DNA of 64,000 nucleotides, from positions 458,628 to 522,627 of the forward strand of contig JACPTS010000001.1 of assembly GCA_016192685.1 (NCBI GenBank), in the 5' to 3' direction. The notes under the pieces are model-generated. The model did no database searches and had not been told where the DNA came from. It saw only the letters and a list, made by a program, of their open reading frames with translations. Position 1 is the stretch's first letter; each line of letters starts with the position of its first letter. This DNA is from Candidatus Harrisonbacteria bacterium (GTDB lineage: Bacteria > Patescibacteriota > Minisyncoccia > UBA6257 > 02-FULL-45-10c). The position numbers and the translations under genes are program-made. Shown here in pieces: positions 1-8,909 of this stretch.

Positions 1-1380
1 GCCAAACAGCAAAAAATTAACCTCGGGATTTACTTGATTACGCCGGGAGATTTTGATTTGGCGCTTCGGAAATACTCTCCTTATAAAGATGAGGTGGAAG
101 CGGCCATCCGTTCTTTGGATATCAAGCCGGGAAAGAAAGCCGCCTCCGGAGAGCGGCTGATTTTTTTGGAAGAAGGAGTGGCGGTATCCGAAGAGGCGCC
201 GATTATCCGGCTGGTCGCTTCTACTTTGAAAGAAGCGGTTAATCTGGGGGCTTCGGATATTCATATTGAACCGCAAAGATCCAAGTTGCGGATTCGTTTC
301 CGGATTGACGGCAATTTACAGGAAGTGAGCCAGATGCCGATTGAGCTTCATCAGCCGATTATTTCCCGGATTAAAGTGCTGGCGAATTTGAAATTGGATG
401 AGACCCGGATTCCGCAAGACGGCCGTTTTCGGAGCATTGTTTTTGGCCGGGATATTGATTTTCGGGTGGCGACTTTTCCGACGCCGGCCGGAGAAAAAGC
501 GGCTATTCGGGTGCTGGATCCGACTGTCGGTTTAAAGACGCTGGAAGATCTCGGCTTAACCGGCCGGAACGCGGAAATTCTTAAAGAAGCTCTGGCAGAG
601 CCGTACGGCCTGATTTTAATCACTGGACCGACCGGGTCCGGAAAAACTACCACCTTATACGCCTTGCTCCAGATTTTAAATAATATTCAATCTAATATCG
701 TCAGTTTGGAAGATCCGGTGGAGTATTTTATTGAGGGTGTTAACCAATCCCAGGTTCAACCGGAAATCGGTTATGATTTTGCTTCCGGTCTGCGCCAGAT
801 TCTCCGTCAGGACCCGGATGTGATTATGGTTGGCGAGGTAAGAGACACGGAAACTGCCCAGCTGACTATTCATGCCGCTCTTACCGGCCATATCGTGCTT
901 TCCACCCTGCATACCAACAACGCTGCCGGAGTTATTCCGCGTTTGGTTGATATGAAGGTAGATAGTTTTTTACTGCCGGCTTCTTTAAATGTGATGGTGG
1001 CGCAGAGATTGGTTTCCAAGCTTTGCCAAAAATGCAAAAAGCCGGAAGCGCCCAGCGCCAAAGTGGCGGATATTATCAAGAAAGAATTAGAATCTCTGCC
1101 GGCGGAATTAAAGGGAAAATATAAAGATTTAAAAATTTATCATTCTTCCGGCTGTAAAGCCTGCAATGATAAAGGAATCGCCGGCCGAATTGCCATTTTT
1201 GAAACATTAAAAATGACTCCCCAGCTGAAAGATATTATCAATGCCGGAGTTTCCGAAACGAAATTGGCAGAAGAGGCCAGGCATCAGGGAATGATTACTT
1301 TGCGGCAGGACGGAATTTTAAAGGCTTTGGATGGATTGGTGAGTATGGAGGAAGTGTTAAGGGAAACTGCGGAATTATAA
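1..1380 (+). CDS. pilB: Type IV pilus assembly ATPase PilB/GspE family (5'-truncated by window edge)
   Basis: ASDIHIEP, Walker A GPTGSGKTT, EDPVEY, LRQDPDVIMVGE, STLHTN and tetra-Cys motif; frame is open from base 1. Confidence 0.95.
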   Translation, partial: AKQQKINLGIYLITPGDFDLALRKYSPYKDEVEAAIRSLDIKPGKKAASGERLIFLEEGVAVSEEAPIIRLVASTLKEAVNLGASDIHIEPQRSKLRIRFRIDGNLQEVSQMPIELHQPIISRIKVLANLKLDETRIPQDGRFRSIVFGRDIDFRVATFPTPAGEKAAIRVLDPTVGLKTLEDLGLTGRNAEILKEALAEPYGLILITGPTGSGKTTTLYALLQILNNIQSNIVSLEDPVEYFIEGVNQSQVQPEIGYDFASGLRQILRQDPDVIMVGEVRDTETAQLTIHAALTGHIVLSTLHTNNAAGVIPRLVDMKVDSFLLPASLNVMVAQRLVSKLCQKCKKPEAPSAKVADIIKKELESLPAELKGKYKDLKIYHSSGCKACNDKGIAGRIAIFETLKMTPQLKDIINAGVSETKLAEEARHQGMITLRQDGILKALDGLVSMEEVLRETAEL

Positions 1381-1395
1381 GTGTATAATTAGGAT

Positions 1396-2475
1396 ATGCC
1401 CGAAAATATTTATAAACAAAAATTAGATGAATTGCTTTTGACAACGGCGAAACATAATGCTTCTGATTTGCATTTGGCGGTTGGCCGGCGGCCGACTTTG
1501 CGGATTGACGGCGTATTAATCGGCCTTCAGAAAGAATCAGTTTTGACTCCGGAAGCCATGGAGGGTTTGGTGGATGCCCTTTTAACTCCGGAACAGCGAA
1601 GCAAATTTTTGGAAAATAAGCAGTTGGATTTCGCCCATTCTTACGAAGACAAGGCGAGATTCCGGGTGAATGTTTATTTTCAGCGGGGGTATCTGGCGGC
1701 GGCTTTGCGTTTGGTTCCGGCTCAGATTAAAACTATTGAAGAATTGAATTTGCCGCCGATTCTCCATGACTTTGCCCGGCTTTCCCAGGGATTTGTTTTA
1801 GTGGTAGGGCCGGCTGGCCACGGAAAATCAACGACCTTAGCCGCCATTTTAGATGAAATTAATCATCAGCGCACTGACCACATTATTACCGTAGAAGACC
1901 CGATTGAATATTTATTCACGCAGGATCGCTGCATTATTTCCCAGCGGGAGGTGAATAACGACACTTTAAGTTTTCATGACGCGCTTCGCACTTTGCTCAG
2001 GCAAGACCCCGATGTAGTGATGATCGGGGAAATGCGGGACCGGGAATCTATTGCCACGGCCATGACTGCCGCGGAAACCGGCCATCTGGTTTTTTCCACC
2101 CTGCATACCAATTCCGCTTCCCAGACCATTGACCGGATAATTGACAGTTTCCCGCCCGACCAGCAAACCCAGGTAGTTTCTCAGCTGGCGGCTACTTTGG
2201 TAGGAATTGTTTCTTCCCGCTTGGTGCCGCGCATTGACGGCGGCCGGATCCCAGCTTCGGAAATCATGCTGGTTAATTCCGCCATCCGTAATTTGATCCG
2301 GGAAAGAAAAACTTATCAGATTGATTTAGTAATTGAAACCAGTTTGCAGGAAGGAATGACTAATTTAAACCGTTCTTTGGCGGAATTAATCCGCCGCCGT
2401 GAAATTTCTCTGGAAAATGCCGAATTATATTCATTAAATCCGTCGGAATTGAGAATTTTATTAGAGCGAGCATGA
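1396..2475 (+). CDS. pilT: Type IV pilus retraction ATPase PilT/PilU
   Basis: ASDLHL, GPAGHGKSTT, EDPIEY, AAETGHLVFSTLHT, AIRNLIRE motif. Confidence 0.95.
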   Translation: MPENIYKQKLDELLLTTAKHNASDLHLAVGRRPTLRIDGVLIGLQKESVLTPEAMEGLVDALLTPEQRSKFLENKQLDFAHSYEDKARFRVNVYFQRGYLAAALRLVPAQIKTIEELNLPPILHDFARLSQGFVLVVGPAGHGKSTTLAAILDEINHQRTDHIITVEDPIEYLFTQDRCIISQREVNNDTLSFHDALRTLLRQDPDVVMIGEMRDRESIATAMTAAETGHLVFSTLHTNSASQTIDRIIDSFPPDQQTQVVSQLAATLVGIVSSRLVPRIDGGRIPASEIMLVNSAIRNLIRERKTYQIDLVIETSLQEGMTNLNRSLAELIRRREISLENAELYSLNPSELRILLERA

Positions 2476-3680
2476 AATTTAGATACAACGCCAGAACTAA
2501 ACAAGGAGAATTGCAGACCGGTTTTGTGGACGCGGCGAACCGCGACGCGGCTTTGAATATTTTAACCGGCCATGAGCTTTTTATTTTAAGCCTGGAAAGC
2601 GCCGAGACAATTCAATGGTATCAGAGATTTTTGGATTTATTTAAACGGGTGAAACCGGGCGATTTGATGATTTTTACCCGGCAATTGGCCACCCTGTTGG
2701 ACGCGAAGATTTCTTTGGCTGATTCTTTAAGAAATCTTTACAAACAGACCCGCAACCCGATTTTAAAAGAAACAATTTTTGAACTTTCTTCGGATATTGA
2801 TTCCGGACTTTCGCTGTCTCAGGCCATGGAGCGGCACCCGCATATTTTTTCGGAATTTTATACCAGTATGATCCGTTCCGCGGAAATAACCGGGCGTTTA
2901 GAGGAAGTCAGCGCTTTTATGGCGGATTATTTGGAAAAAGAAGTCGGCCTTTTGTCGCGGGTGCGGAATGCTCTTATTTATCCGGTTCTGGTGATAGTGC
3001 TTTTTACGGCGGTGGTGGGTATTATGGTAGGAGTGGTTTTCCCCCAGTTAGAGCCGATTTTCGCCGAATCGCAGGCGCCGGTTCCGGCAGTTACCAGAAT
3101 TTTGCTTGGCGCCGGCGGCTTTATCGCGGAATGGTGGCTGGCCCTGCTGGTAATCTTGGGAATCTTCATTTTTTTGGCGGTTGATTATTTAAATACGAAA
3201 GAAGGGAAAATTGTCTCTGATGAAATCCGGGTGCGCCTGCCGGTGATCGGCGATTTATACAAAAAACTTTATGTGGCCCGTTTTGCCGAATCAACCAGCG
3301 TTTTAATCCGGGGCGGCATTCCGATCGCCCAATCTTTGGAGATTTCCGGCCATAATATCGGCAGCATTATTTATCGGGACGCGCTTCATGAGGTTGCCGA
3401 AGCGGTGAGAGCCGGCCAACTGATGTCGCAAGCGTTGGCGGAACATGAAAATTATTTTCCGCCGCTGGTTTATCAGATGGTGGCAGTCGGCGAATCAACC
3501 GGCAAATTAGAAGCGTTATTATCGCGGATTTCTTCTTTTTACACGCGGGAGGTGGATGACACCGTTGCCAATTTAGTGGAATTAATCCAGCCGGCAATGA
3601 TGGTTGGCATCGGCGTTTTGGTGGCCATCCTTTTCGCGGCAGTGCTTTTGCCGATTTACAATCTCGCCCAATCTTTCTGA
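2472..3680 (+). CDS. pilC: Type IV pilus platform protein PilC/GspF
   Basis: FTRQLATLL, ALIYP, MVAVGESTGKL, ELIQP; three TM segments; follows pilB-pilT. Confidence 0.93.
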   Translation: MKFRYNARTKQGELQTGFVDAANRDAALNILTGHELFILSLESAETIQWYQRFLDLFKRVKPGDLMIFTRQLATLLDAKISLADSLRNLYKQTRNPILKETIFELSSDIDSGLSLSQAMERHPHIFSEFYTSMIRSAEITGRLEEVSAFMADYLEKEVGLLSRVRNALIYPVLVIVLFTAVVGIMVGVVFPQLEPIFAESQAPVPAVTRILLGAGGFIAEWWLALLVILGIFIFLAVDYLNTKEGKIVSDEIRVRLPVIGDLYKKLYVARFAESTSVLIRGGIPIAQSLEISGHNIGSIIYRDALHEVAEAVRAGQLMSQALAEHENYFPPLVYQMVAVGESTGKLEALLSRISSFYTREVDDTVANLVELIQPAMMVGIGVLVAILFAAVLLPIYNLAQSF

Positions 3681-3700
3681 TATGTTATAATATAATTAAT

Positions 3701-4165
3701 ATGAATTTAAATTCTAAAAAAGGTTTTACCCTTATAGAAACTTTAGTGGTTGTTTCCATTATCGGGCTTTTGTCATCGGTCTTTTTGGTCGGATTGGGCG
3801 GTTTTCGTTCCCGGGGCCGAGATGCCCGCCGCATTGCCGATTTGAGGCAGGTTCAAAACGCCTTGGAACTTTATTATTCTAAAAACAGCGCCTATCCGGC
3901 ATTAAGCTGTACCAGCTCCGGCAGTCGAACTTGCTGGGATGGTTTAGAAACAACTTTAGCTGGCGCGGGAATTGGAGTAGCCAAGATAGCCAACGACCCC
4001 AATTCCGCCCAAAGTTATATGTATGCTTCGGATGGCCAGAATTATACTTTAGGAGCTAGGTTTCAAGGCCAAGACCCGGTGTTGAATGATGATATAGACG
4101 GAACATCCAATGGAATTGATTGTATTGGCGGCTCTCCGGAAACGGTTTATTGCCTCCAATTTTAG
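3701..4165 (+). CDS. Type IV pilin (probable major pilin)
   Basis: Class III signal KKG|FTLIE, hydrophobic helix, RDARRIADL, Cys pairs; own TGnTATAAT upstream. Confidence 0.85.
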   Translation: MNLNSKKGFTLIETLVVVSIIGLLSSVFLVGLGGFRSRGRDARRIADLRQVQNALELYYSKNSAYPALSCTSSGSRTCWDGLETTLAGAGIGVAKIANDPNSAQSYMYASDGQNYTLGARFQGQDPVLNDDIDGTSNGIDCIGGSPETVYCLQF

Positions 4166-4180
4166 TTTACAATTTTTTTA

Positions 4181-5041
4181 ATGTTTACCGCCCTTCTACT
4201 TTTCAGCTTCGGTCTGGTTATCGGCAGTTTTTTAAATGTTGTCTCTTTCCGCTATTCGGAAGAAAAAAATTTATTCCATACCGAGCATTTAGGCGGCCGG
4301 TCAAAATGCCGGCATTGCGAACAGAAGCTCGCTTGGTATGAATTAGTGCCGGTTTTTAGTTTTCTTTTGCAAAAAGGCAAATGTTGGGTTTGTTATAAAA
4401 AATTATCCTGGCAGTATCTTTTGATGGAAGTTGCCGGCGGATTAATTTTTTTATTGCCGTTATATTTATACAACCCCATAATTCCAAATTCATTATTCAT
4501 AATTCAGAGCGCCATTTGGATTTTGGCGTTTCTTACCTTTTTGCTGATTTGGTCAATTGATTTCCGGCTTTATCTTATTCCGGATGAATTAAATCTGGTT
4601 TTAGGAGCATTGGGGCTGGTTCTGGCAGATTATACAAATCTTTACGGACAATTCGGGAATTTTAAAGGTTCTTTTTTAGGCAGTTACGCCGCCCTTTTCG
4701 GCTGGCGGAGCAATATTTGGATTAATCATTTTTCTGCCGCCCTAATCGGCGGGGCGCTGGTTGGACTGATTATTTTTTTATCCAAAGGAAAGGGCATGGG
4801 AATGGGGGATTTAAAAATGATGCTGGCGCTTGGGCTTCTTTACGGATGGCCGGATGTTTTATTTATTTTTATAATTGCTTCGGTAATCGGAGCCGCCGCA
4901 AGCTTGGCGCTGATGCTGTTTCACAAAAAAACTTTGAAAGATGCTTTACCTTTCGGGCCATTTTTAGTAATCGGAGCAATCTTAGTCTTTTTTTGGGGAG
5001 AAGCGATTTTAAGGAGTTATTTTAACTTCTTCGGGCTCTAA
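4181..5041 (+). CDS. pilD: Prepilin peptidase (A24)
   Basis: GSFLNV, CxxC...CxxC, GMGDLK, PFGPFL. Confidence 0.93.
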   Translation: MFTALLLFSFGLVIGSFLNVVSFRYSEEKNLFHTEHLGGRSKCRHCEQKLAWYELVPVFSFLLQKGKCWVCYKKLSWQYLLMEVAGGLIFLLPLYLYNPIIPNSLFIIQSAIWILAFLTFLLIWSIDFRLYLIPDELNLVLGALGLVLADYTNLYGQFGNFKGSFLGSYAALFGWRSNIWINHFSAALIGGALVGLIIFLSKGKGMGMGDLKMMLALGLLYGWPDVLFIFIIASVIGAAASLALMLFHKKTLKDALPFGPFLVIGAILVFFWGEAILRSYFNFFGL

Positions 5042-5057
5042 TGTTAAAATTGAGGTA

Positions 5058-5576
5058 ATGATTGATAAGAATTTTGGCTTCACCCTTGTTGAGATATTGG
5101 TTACTTTAGCTATTACCTCGCTTTTAGTCGGAGTTTTAATAACTTATAATCGCACTGGCGGCCTCCAAATTCTTATTTTTAAGGACCAGGCCAGAGTTAT
5201 TAATATGGTTTTGCGCGCGAAAAGTTTGGCAGTTCAAATTTTCAGCCAATCAATCCCGGTCTGCGGCTATGGCGTCCACTTTGATTCCGTTAATAAATCC
5301 TTTATCCTTTTTAAGGATTTAGCCGATCCCTGCTCCGGTTCCGATAATCGTTATTCCGGTTCAACGGAAGATTTAGAAATAATTAATTTAGATTCCCAAC
5401 TAAAATTTTCCAATTTGGAATTAACGGATATTTTATTTATTCCGCCGGAGCCGATCGTCATCATTGACGGCGATTCCGGTAAAAGCGGGGATTTTCTTAT
5501 TGAATTAGACACGATAAGAGGCGGCAGTCCGAAAATAATTAAGGTCAATAATTTCGGTCAAGTAAGCACTCAATGA
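5058..5576 (+). CDS. Minor pilin, FimU/GspH-like
   Basis: NFG|FTLVE prepilin motif; YGVHF; C-terminal I.VNNFG.V strand. Confidence 0.8.
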   Translation: MIDKNFGFTLVEILVTLAITSLLVGVLITYNRTGGLQILIFKDQARVINMVLRAKSLAVQIFSQSIPVCGYGVHFDSVNKSFILFKDLADPCSGSDNRYSGSTEDLEIINLDSQLKFSNLELTDILFIPPEPIVIIDGDSGKSGDFLIELDTIRGGSPKIIKVNNFGQVSTQ

Positions 5577-6070
5577 GAACCCATCTTAAAAATAGCTCAT
5601 CCGAATCCGGCCAGTTGATGGTAGAGTCTATCATTGCTATTTCCGTTTTGATAATTGGCTTGTTGGGCATTTTCACCTTGCTTTCCCGCTCCCTAAGCTT
5701 AAATCGGGTAATTGCTGACCAATCCGCGGCAACTCATTTAGCCGCGGAAGGAATTGAGCTGGTGAAAAATTTAATTGACGCTAACGCTATTCAGCGGCGG
5801 CCATGGAATCTAGGTGTTAATCCCGGAGATTATGAGGTGGATTTTAATGACGGCGCTTTAGCAGTTCCTCAAAATCGTAAATTGGATTTTGATTCCGGGT
5901 CTGGCCAGTACAGCTATGACTCCGGCTCGCCAACGACTTTTCAGCGTTTAATCGTCATTAGCCAGCCAAGTCCGGATGAGCTCAAAGTTAATTCTTTAGT
6001 TAAATGGACCACCCGGGGCGGCGGGCAATTTGAGGTCAATTTAGAGGATCATTTCTTTAATTGGAGATAA
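5573..6070 (+). CDS. Minor pilin, PilV-like
   Basis: ESG|QLMVE prepilin-like motif, A..LA.EGIE, V.W C-terminal strand; coupled to neighbours. Confidence 0.8.
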   Translation: MRTHLKNSSSESGQLMVESIIAISVLIIGLLGIFTLLSRSLSLNRVIADQSAATHLAAEGIELVKNLIDANAIQRRPWNLGVNPGDYEVDFNDGALAVPQNRKLDFDSGSGQYSYDSGSPTTFQRLIVISQPSPDELKVNSLVKWTTRGGGQFEVNLEDHFFNWR

Positions 6071-6071
6071 T

Positions 6072-6551
6072 ATGAAAAATTCTGGTTTCACCATTGTAGA
6101 ATTATTGGTAGCCATTACTCTTTTTTCCGTTATTGTTGCCATTGCCACCGGCACTTTTATCCAGGCTTTGCGGACTCAGAGAGGGGCGGCGGGTTTAATC
6201 GCGGCCAATAGCAATGCCAGTCTGGCCATAGAACAGATAAGCCGGGAAATTAGGACCGGAAGAGCTTTTTCTTTAAGCGGCGGAGTATTGAATTTTACCA
6301 ATGCCAAGGAACAGGCCGTTTCGTATCGCTTAAACAATGAATCCATTGAAAGGATAGTTGGCGGCGAGGCGGGGATTATTACCGCCGCTAACGCGAAAGT
6401 CGCTAAATTAAATTTCATTTTGGCCGGCGAAAGTTCCACTGACGGCTTGCCGACTAAGATTACCGTGATATTGGAAATCGGAGCGCCGGAAGCGGCCGGA
6501 GCGAAAATTAATCTGCAAACCACCGTCAGTTCCAGAATTTTGGAGGGTTAA
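6072..6551 (+). CDS. Minor pilin, PilW-like
   Basis: NSG|FTIVE, EQISREIR, LQTTVSSR. Confidence 0.8.
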   Translation: MKNSGFTIVELLVAITLFSVIVAIATGTFIQALRTQRGAAGLIAANSNASLAIEQISREIRTGRAFSLSGGVLNFTNAKEQAVSYRLNNESIERIVGGEAGIITAANAKVAKLNFILAGESSTDGLPTKITVILEIGAPEAAGAKINLQTTVSSRILEG

Positions 6552-6680
6552 ATTTTCAAAAGCCGATTTTGGTAAGCGGAATTAAAGATTATGCCGGAGT
6601 TTTTTATCCGGACGGCACGGAAATTTTAGGGTATCCAGATAACGTAATTTCTTTTATGAATGTGGAGATAAAATTTTAAT

Positions 6681-6709
6681 TTGACAAAAATTAGATATTA
6701 GATTAGTAT
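6681..6709 (+). promoter_or_regulatory. Sigma70-type promoter
   Basis: TTGACA(6681)-17 nt-TAGTAT(6704). Confidence 0.6.
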
Positions 6710-6780
6710 ATAAATACTGCAGGGTGGCGTTAGGCGCTATACCCGCAGTTTGTACTTTGTAGCAAAAGGAGTTAGTAGTC

Positions 6781-6876
6781 ATGAAAGGACCAGGAAACGG
6801 ACAAGAAGGCGCAGACAGTCAGTACGAAGGCGATCGCGGACAGGGAGAGGGAACTCACAACGCAGATACTGACTAA
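6781..6876 (+). CDS. 31-aa Gly/acidic small peptide MKGPGNGQEGADSQYEGDRGQGEGTHNADTD (below ORF-track cutoff)
   Basis: AAGGAG at 6766-6771, 9 nt before ATG; upstream promoter; hairpin AAGAGCTCTTTTATAAAAGAGCTCTT after the stop. Confidence 0.6.
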   Translation: MKGPGNGQEGADSQYEGDRGQGEGTHNADTD

Positions 6877-6929
6877 GTAAGAAAGAGCTCTTTTATAAAA
6901 GAGCTCTTTATTTTATAATTTAGATAAAT

Positions 6930-8162
6930 ATGAATTTTATTAAAAAAATTACAAAAAGCGGAGTACCGCTTTATATTTTGCCGATGCCTAGTGCCAATAC
7001 GGTTGCTTCTGGTGTTTTAGTTAATGTTGGTTCACGTGACGAAAAAATGCCGGAAGAAGCAGGATTGGCCCATGGTTTTGAGCATATGTTCTGTCAAGGT
7101 AGCAAAAAATTTCCGAATAAAAAATCGTTATTTGAATATATTGAAGAAATCGGAGGTGTCCGTAATGCATTTACCTGGAAAGAAATAACTTTTTTTCATA
7201 ATCAAGTTCCTTTTAATGAATTTGAGCGAGGCGTTGATTTATTAAGTGAACAAATTCAGTATTCTTTAATTCAGGAAGAAAAAGTATCTAAAGAAATGAA
7301 AGTTGTGATGCAGGAATTAAAAAGAAGACAAGATAGTCCGGCTATTTTTTTAGGCGATTTAACTTTTGAGGCGGTTTTCGGTGACCATCCGATTGGGCAT
7401 ATGACTTTAGGAAATGAACAAACCTTACTTAGATTTAATAGAGAAAGTTTTATTAGTTTTTTGAATCGTTATTATAATTCCAGTAATTATACTTTTTTGG
7501 TTGCTGGCAATGTTGACCCAGATTTAGCTTTAGATACTTTTAATAAATATTTTGTTTTAAAAGCGGGTGAAAAAAACATACGTCCACGTTTATCAATACA
7601 GCCAGCAAAAAAAACAGCAGTATTTTATAAGGGAATTAATCAAGCCCACATTAATTTAGCAATTCCTATTGACGTCAATAGTTTAAAAGAGAAATGGTCT
7701 TTAAATTTATTTGCAATGATGATAGGTTATGGTTCGTCTTCACCACTTTATATAGAAATTAGAGATAAGCGTGGTTTATGCTATTCAGTAAATGCTAATT
7801 ATTATTGGGGCACGGATTATGGTCTTTTTAAGATTTATATGGCAACTGATAAAGAAAAGTATAAAGAAGCAATTGATTTGGCATTTTCGGTACTTACTGA
7901 AAATAAAAATAATGCTACTTTATTGGAAAAAGCTAAAAAAATGGAATTGGGAGCATTGGCGCGTCGATTTGAAAATCCTATAAATATTATTTCTGATGCA
8001 GCGGAGAGCGTCGCTTTTACGGGAAGTCCTTATGGATTTCAAGAAGTCGGCAAAGCAATAAAAGATATTACAATTCAAAATATAGAAAAAGTAGTGGATA
8101 AATATCTAAAACCCGAACAATTTACTGCCGTGCTTTTGGCGCCGGAAGATTTTAAAGAATAA
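6930..8162 (+). CDS. M16 family zinc peptidase
   Basis: Inverted zinc motif GLAHGFEHM, NAFT, SSPLY.EIRDKRGLCY; visibly AT-richer than flanks. Confidence 0.92.
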   Translation: MNFIKKITKSGVPLYILPMPSANTVASGVLVNVGSRDEKMPEEAGLAHGFEHMFCQGSKKFPNKKSLFEYIEEIGGVRNAFTWKEITFFHNQVPFNEFERGVDLLSEQIQYSLIQEEKVSKEMKVVMQELKRRQDSPAIFLGDLTFEAVFGDHPIGHMTLGNEQTLLRFNRESFISFLNRYYNSSNYTFLVAGNVDPDLALDTFNKYFVLKAGEKNIRPRLSIQPAKKTAVFYKGINQAHINLAIPIDVNSLKEKWSLNLFAMMIGYGSSSPLYIEIRDKRGLCYSVNANYYWGTDYGLFKIYMATDKEKYKEAIDLAFSVLTENKNNATLLEKAKKMELGALARRFENPINIISDAAESVAFTGSPYGFQEVGKAIKDITIQNIEKVVDKYLKPEQFTAVLLAPEDFKE

Positions 8163-8164
8163 AT

Positions 8165-8193
8165 TTGACAAAATTAGTAAGAAATAGTATACT
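8165..8193 (+). promoter_or_regulatory. Sigma70-type promoter
   Basis: TTGACA(8165)-17 nt-TATACT(8188); AAGGAGG before ATG 8258. Confidence 0.65.
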
Positions 8194-8257
8194 TAATTTA
8201 GTAATAACGGTTCGCTTGGGCGTCCGGATTGAAAATAAAAACATAAAGGAGGAGTGA

Positions 8258-8857
8258 ATGAAAGGCTTGCTTGCCGGATTCTTGATGCTGGCTGGTTTTT
8301 TTAGCGCCGAGGCCGCAGATTGGAATTTTCGGTCTGGTCCGGCATTGGCGACTGCCAAAATTGAGGGCACCGAGACGAGTCTGTCTGGATGGACCGTTGA
8401 TGTGTATCGCTTATCTCACCGGAAGTATATTTCTTGGGGTCTGGGGCTTAAAAATCTCTCGGCAGGGATGTATCGCTATACTGGAGGAGATGTGCTGCTG
8501 GGATATTATTCGGATAAAACCAATATGAAAAAAGTCAGTTGGCATATTTCGATAGCGGGCGGTTTGGGGATATTATCGGGTTTGCCAAGTGGTTATTCTA
8601 AATTGCCGGCGGTAAGCTCAGCCGCGCCTGGGAAACAACGCTTGAAATTTCCTTCGGTGTCAGGGCGTGGCGGAATGAATTTTGGGATTAACTACCTGGT
8701 CAAGCCGCCTAAAGATGGCAGTAAATCTTTTCTGGCTTTGACTTTTGACTTGGATAATGGAAGAATCGGTCAAGAGGTTTTTACTTCAGCAAATATTAAA
8801 ACTGATTTTAACTTAGATTATTACGCCCCGATGCTGGGATTAATTTTTTATTGGTAG
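8258..8857 (+). CDS. Secreted protein with beta-barrel-like sequence pattern
   Basis: Sec signal ending AEA; alternating Gly/aromatic strands; C-terminus MLGLIFYW. Confidence 0.55.
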   Translation: MKGLLAGFLMLAGFFSAEAADWNFRSGPALATAKIEGTETSLSGWTVDVYRLSHRKYISWGLGLKNLSAGMYRYTGGDVLLGYYSDKTNMKKVSWHISIAGGLGILSGLPSGYSKLPAVSSAAPGKQRLKFPSVSGRGGMNFGINYLVKPPKDGSKSFLALTFDLDNGRIGQEVFTSANIKTDFNLDYYAPMLGLIFYW

Positions 8858-8866
8858 TTCTTAACG

Positions 8867-8895
8867 GCTCCGCAGGCATTTCTGCGGGGCTTTTT
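8867..8895 (+). terminator. Intrinsic terminator
   Basis: GCTCCGCAG-loop-CTGCGGGGC followed by T run. Confidence 0.65.
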
Positions 8896-8909
8896 ATTAT
8901 GGTAATATT

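Noticed and set aside
6552-6679. Start-less 42-codon open frame after the PilW-like gene
   Set aside because: Possibly a gene remnant at the insertion boundary, but it has no start or recognisable motif
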